Assembly: GCA_965233585.1 (NCBI GenBank)
Contig: CBDDTI010000267.1
Location: 1 to 12,996, forward strand
DNA from: a bacterium
GTDB taxonomy: Bacteria; SAR324; NAC60-12
DNA length: 12,996 nt
Reading direction: 5' to 3'
Position numbers and translations under genes: made by a program. Positions 9,459 to 12,996 of this stretch are shown here, piece after piece. Below the pieces are notes generated by a model. That model was given only the letters and a program-made list of their open reading frames with translations. It was not told where the DNA came from and ran no database searches. Each line of letters begins with the position of its first letter. Position 1 is the stretch's first letter.

Positions 9459-12400
9459 TCACACACCTTGCATATTCTCTTGACCAATCTCTTCCAAACT
9501 ATCAAAGGTGACGTCATCTCCAATCAGGACAAATGGGGCCCAATAAAGAGGACCTCCGAATTTTTCTGAGCGTCTCAGAGTAGCTGTAGCCTGGTAGAGA
9601 GCCTCACTTGCTTTTTGTCCAAGCTTCAAATGCTGGTAGAAGCTGCGCATAAACTCGATGGTGGCTTTGTCATCGATAGCCCATAGTGAAGCAAGGACTG
9701 ATCTCGCACCAGCACCTAGAAATGCGCGAGCGATGCCAATGACACCCTCAGCTCGAATGTGGCCCCTTGCACTGTGACAGCAGCTGAGAACAACAAGTTT
9801 GGCCCGCACCTTAGCATTCTGCACCTCGGCCATAGTAAGCACAACATCTTCTTCGTCAAGTATTGGCTTGCGTTTTTCAGGAGGAGGAGCGAGAGCAATT
9901 TCGCCTGTTTCGGAATTCCCGTGCGCTGCAATGTGGACTAAGGCTGCTTTGTGTAGCTCTTCTAGAAAACTAGCTTTCGTAGCTTCCTGTCCGATAAGAG
10001 GCTTAACTCCAACCATCTTGGCTATTTCTCGAGCCTCTTCGTTAGCTTGGTCTAGTCATGATACTGGCTCTGGTTTCTGTTTTCGTTTGAGTTTCACCAA
10101 GCCAACGTCTGGATCTCCAACAACCACAGCTCCCTTCAGATTATGATAATCAGATGGACACTCAAAGATTTCTTTCATTATTGACAAGGAGGGCAACACT
10201 CGTATTCTATGTTTCTCTGCCAGGCTTCTGTTGTTTTCGTCTCGAAGGGCCGCGAAAGGAACCCTATGGAGTTCCTCATCAGGAACAATTATGATATCTT
10301 TGGCTGTTTGACCCTGAAATGCGCAGCCCAACAATACATCATAAAGTTTCTCCAGCGCACTTGGTCTGTCTGTTGAAGTGATGCACTTGGAAGGAAAGCA
10401 ACCTTCTTGGTGTTTCTCCAGGTTTTCCAACTCTTGCAATTGGTCGGTATGTTCACTCCTGCCTATTTGTCGAGTTTTCCTTGACAGAAATGAGCGATCT
10501 TCGCATTCCACAGCCTTAACATTAACGCCAATTTCAATAAGTGCTTCACCAAGCAGATTCTTCCACTCGGTTGCTTCGCCTATGAACTTGGGTTCACCAT
10601 TCGGCTGAAAACTCCAAACTATCACATTTTCCTTTCCCTTACCAGAGAGAGCATAGTATATGATGCGACCGTCTAGACGTGAAGTGACCTCACGCATCTT
10701 TGTTCCACTAAGGTTTTCCCTATTGACTTCTCTTGGGTCTTGGTGGCCGTACGATACCACCATCATGTCAGCAAGAGCCGCTGAACGTCCGCGCTCAGTG
10801 ACCAGTAGTGCTTCTGCGTTTTTCGCTTGCTGAAGGAGACACTGTGTGTAGAGACGGTAAGCGCCGGCCTGTACATCACTTAAAGAAATCTTGTACGCGT
10901 CTTTCTCAAAGAGAAGTCGTCTCACTTCAGCATACATGGTAGTACACTGTTCCAAGTGATCGCAGGCAAGTTCAAACTTCTGGAGCTTTGAATAAGAGAT
11001 TCCAAGGTCGAAGTGGCAGGAACCGCTCTTGTCTAACCTTCCCATCTTCTCAGCATAGCTCAAAGCCTTTTGCTACAAGTCAATGGCTTTCGTCATTTCC
11101 CCTAATTGCTGATACACCTTGCCAAGATTTAAGTAGCCAGTCATCTCACCAACCAGTTCTCCTATAGAGCTTGAATAGAGATTTGCTTCTCATTATGCTT
11201 AATGGCCTGTTTGTAATTTTCTAGACGATAGTTGACCATTCCGATATTGCCGTGGGCGGCTGCTTCTCCCTGTTTTTCCTCCAACTCTTCACAAAGAGAA
11301 AGATGTCGCAAATGGCATTCAAGCTCTTTCTTATGATTTCCAATGGAGTTGTACGCCCTTCCTAGGTTTCCACACATAGCGCCAGTCCATTCGCTTGTCA
11401 CCGACGGCTTTGGCGTAATATAGGCCTTTCTCTGATATCTCCACAGCTTGAGAATACAGTCCAAGGACATGAAAGGAATTTCCCAAATTGGCGTATGAGG
11501 CACCTTCTAATGCCTTGTCTTCGATAGACTTGGCAATATCAAGGCTCTGCTGATAACATTCAATTGCTTCGTGGTAATTTCCATGCTGGAAATGTATGTT
11601 TCCCACCTTCTCGACCGACCTTCCCTCTCGGCCTTTGTTCCCCAATTCCCTGTTAATAACGAGATTAAATCTGTGATGTTCCAGCGCCTCTTGGAATTCT
11701 CCGCGGGAATAGTAGATGCCTCCCAGGTAGGCGTTGGCTAGCCCTTCTGCAACCTTGTCACCAGTTGATTTAGAAATCTCCAAGAATTTGTTTTGCATCT
11801 CTATGGCTTCTTCGTAATTGCCCAAAGATCTGTGGGTGTTTCCTAGGAAACCATAGGCATCACCCTGGTACGTTTTATGGCCAATTTCTATCGAAAGCTG
11901 CAGCATTTTTTCCAAATTTTTCTGTGCTTCCCTATTTTCTCCCAGAGAATGCTGTGATCTTCCAATTCTTCCTAAAGCATATGCTTGTGCCGCCTTATTC
12001 TTTAGCATATCTGCGATGGACAATAGGGCTTCATAATTACTAATCGCTTCTTTTAGCTTCCCACGATAATGATAAACATTTCCAAGGGACCCCTTTGCGT
12101 TTCCCTCGCCTAACCTGTTGCCCGTTTCTTGGTAGAGTGTTAGCTGCTGTTGATGAAGTGCAAAAGCCTTGATATAATCTCCTTTGGTAAGGTAAAAATT
12201 ACCCAGATTTCCACACGCTTTTGTCTGACTCTCTTTATCCTTGACTTCCTTGGCCATTTCAAGGTGCTTCTCGTTGTGAACAATGGCCTCTGGATATCGA
12301 CTCGTCCTGTAGAAAACACTACCCAGTCCACCATGGGATTCACCGATCGCCAGCTTATCTCCGACGTCCTCTGCAACGGTAAGACTTTCACTAAAGTATC

Positions 12401-12946
12401 TAATTGCACTTTCGTTGTCACCAAGGTCGCTGAGGGTGACACCTAGGTTATGTAGACATTTCCACTTTTGCTTTTGGTCTCCTGTTGTGGAATTTGCATC
12501 CAAGGACTTTGTATGAAATTCAAGACCTTTCTGCAAGTTCCTAACTTGGAATAGGCACTGCCAATTGAAGCAGAGGCAAATGCTTCGAGATCTTTACGAC
12601 CGGTTTTTTCAGAAAGGGAAAGACACTTGTGGCCGTAATCAAGAGACTTCTCGTAATTATCCAAGGAGAGAAACACTTCAGCGAGTTCGCCACAAACCTT
12701 AGCCTCCATGACTTCGTTTGATGTCTTCTGAACCTTTAATAATGCCTGTTCTAGTAAACTTGCTGCTTGTTCATAATTGTTGGAATGCTTTTCTCTGACA
12801 AGAAGCTCTCGGGCACTTAAAAGAAGAGTTGAAAGTTGTTCTTCCTCTTCTGCTTTCTTTTCTGTTAAGATAGCCGACGCACCTTCCGTTTGCTCTTCAC
12901 TTAGATGCCCTTGGGAAATATGAGTATCATTTCGTCTGGCTTCCAT
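9459..12946 (-). pseudogene. TPR-CHAT (TTC28-like, caspase-superfamily) gene with a disrupted single coding exon
   Basis: Five track ORFs join into one protein: 15 regular and 1 degenerate 40-aa TPRs, the ALLVTERGRSAALADMM linker, then the CHAT motifs [67 protein letters not shown] and [11 protein letters not shown]. Lesions: -1 nt at ~12538, +1 nt at ~11385, -1 nt at ~11174, TAG at 11073-11075, TGA at 10056-10058. Repaired length is 3489 nt, or 1162 aa plus stop. Confidence 0.9.
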
Positions 12947-12952
12947 TTCTCT

Positions 12953-12996
12953 CTGAAATATTCATAAGTTTTGTTAAAATTAAAGCATCTAAACTC
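12953..12996 (-). other. 3' end of an intron (splice acceptor) 6 nt upstream of the TPR-CHAT ATG
   Basis: The minus strand reads ...TTTTAACAAAAACTTATGAATATTTCAG|AGAGAAATGG, with the acceptor AG at 12954-12953. There is an in-frame TGA further upstream, and the ATG is in a purine(-3)/G(+4) context. Confidence 0.6.

Noticed and set aside
9716..12446. Overlapping alternative-frame and antisense ORFs (9716-9931, 9759-9941, 9799-10146, 10378-10608, 12140-12442, 12150-12446)
   Set aside because: Shadows of the TPR-CHAT coding sequence.
9459..12946. Reading the five ORFs as separate genes, spliced exons or programmed frameshifts
   Set aside because: The 40-aa TPR register continues across each break with a 1-nt offset, leaving no room for introns. 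No slippery heptamers are seen at the shift sites.

Overview
Eukaryotic genomic DNA, most likely from a stony coral (Scleractinia). This is inferred from the death-domain style, the TPR-CHAT family and the repeat types; no database check was run. Two genes converge. On +, the last coding exon of a gene ending in a death domain (about 1493-1776). On -, a single ~3.5 kb coding exon (12946-9459) for a TTC28-like protein with 15-16 40-aa TPRs and a caspase-like CHAT domain with an intact His/Cys dyad. That exon is broken by three 1-nt frameshifts and two in-frame stops; repairing them gives 1162 aa. The 7.7 kb between the genes is mostly non-autonomous transposons. These include nested TTAA-TSD (Kolobok-like) elements and an AcademH-like element with a 9-bp TSD and a RecQ-helicase remnant. 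There are also three elements with an asymmetric inverted-repeat plus hairpin design, PIF/Harbinger- and Tc1/mariner-type MITEs, a Deu/Nin-type tRNA-SINE and retroelement tails. Most short ORFs in the track are spurious.
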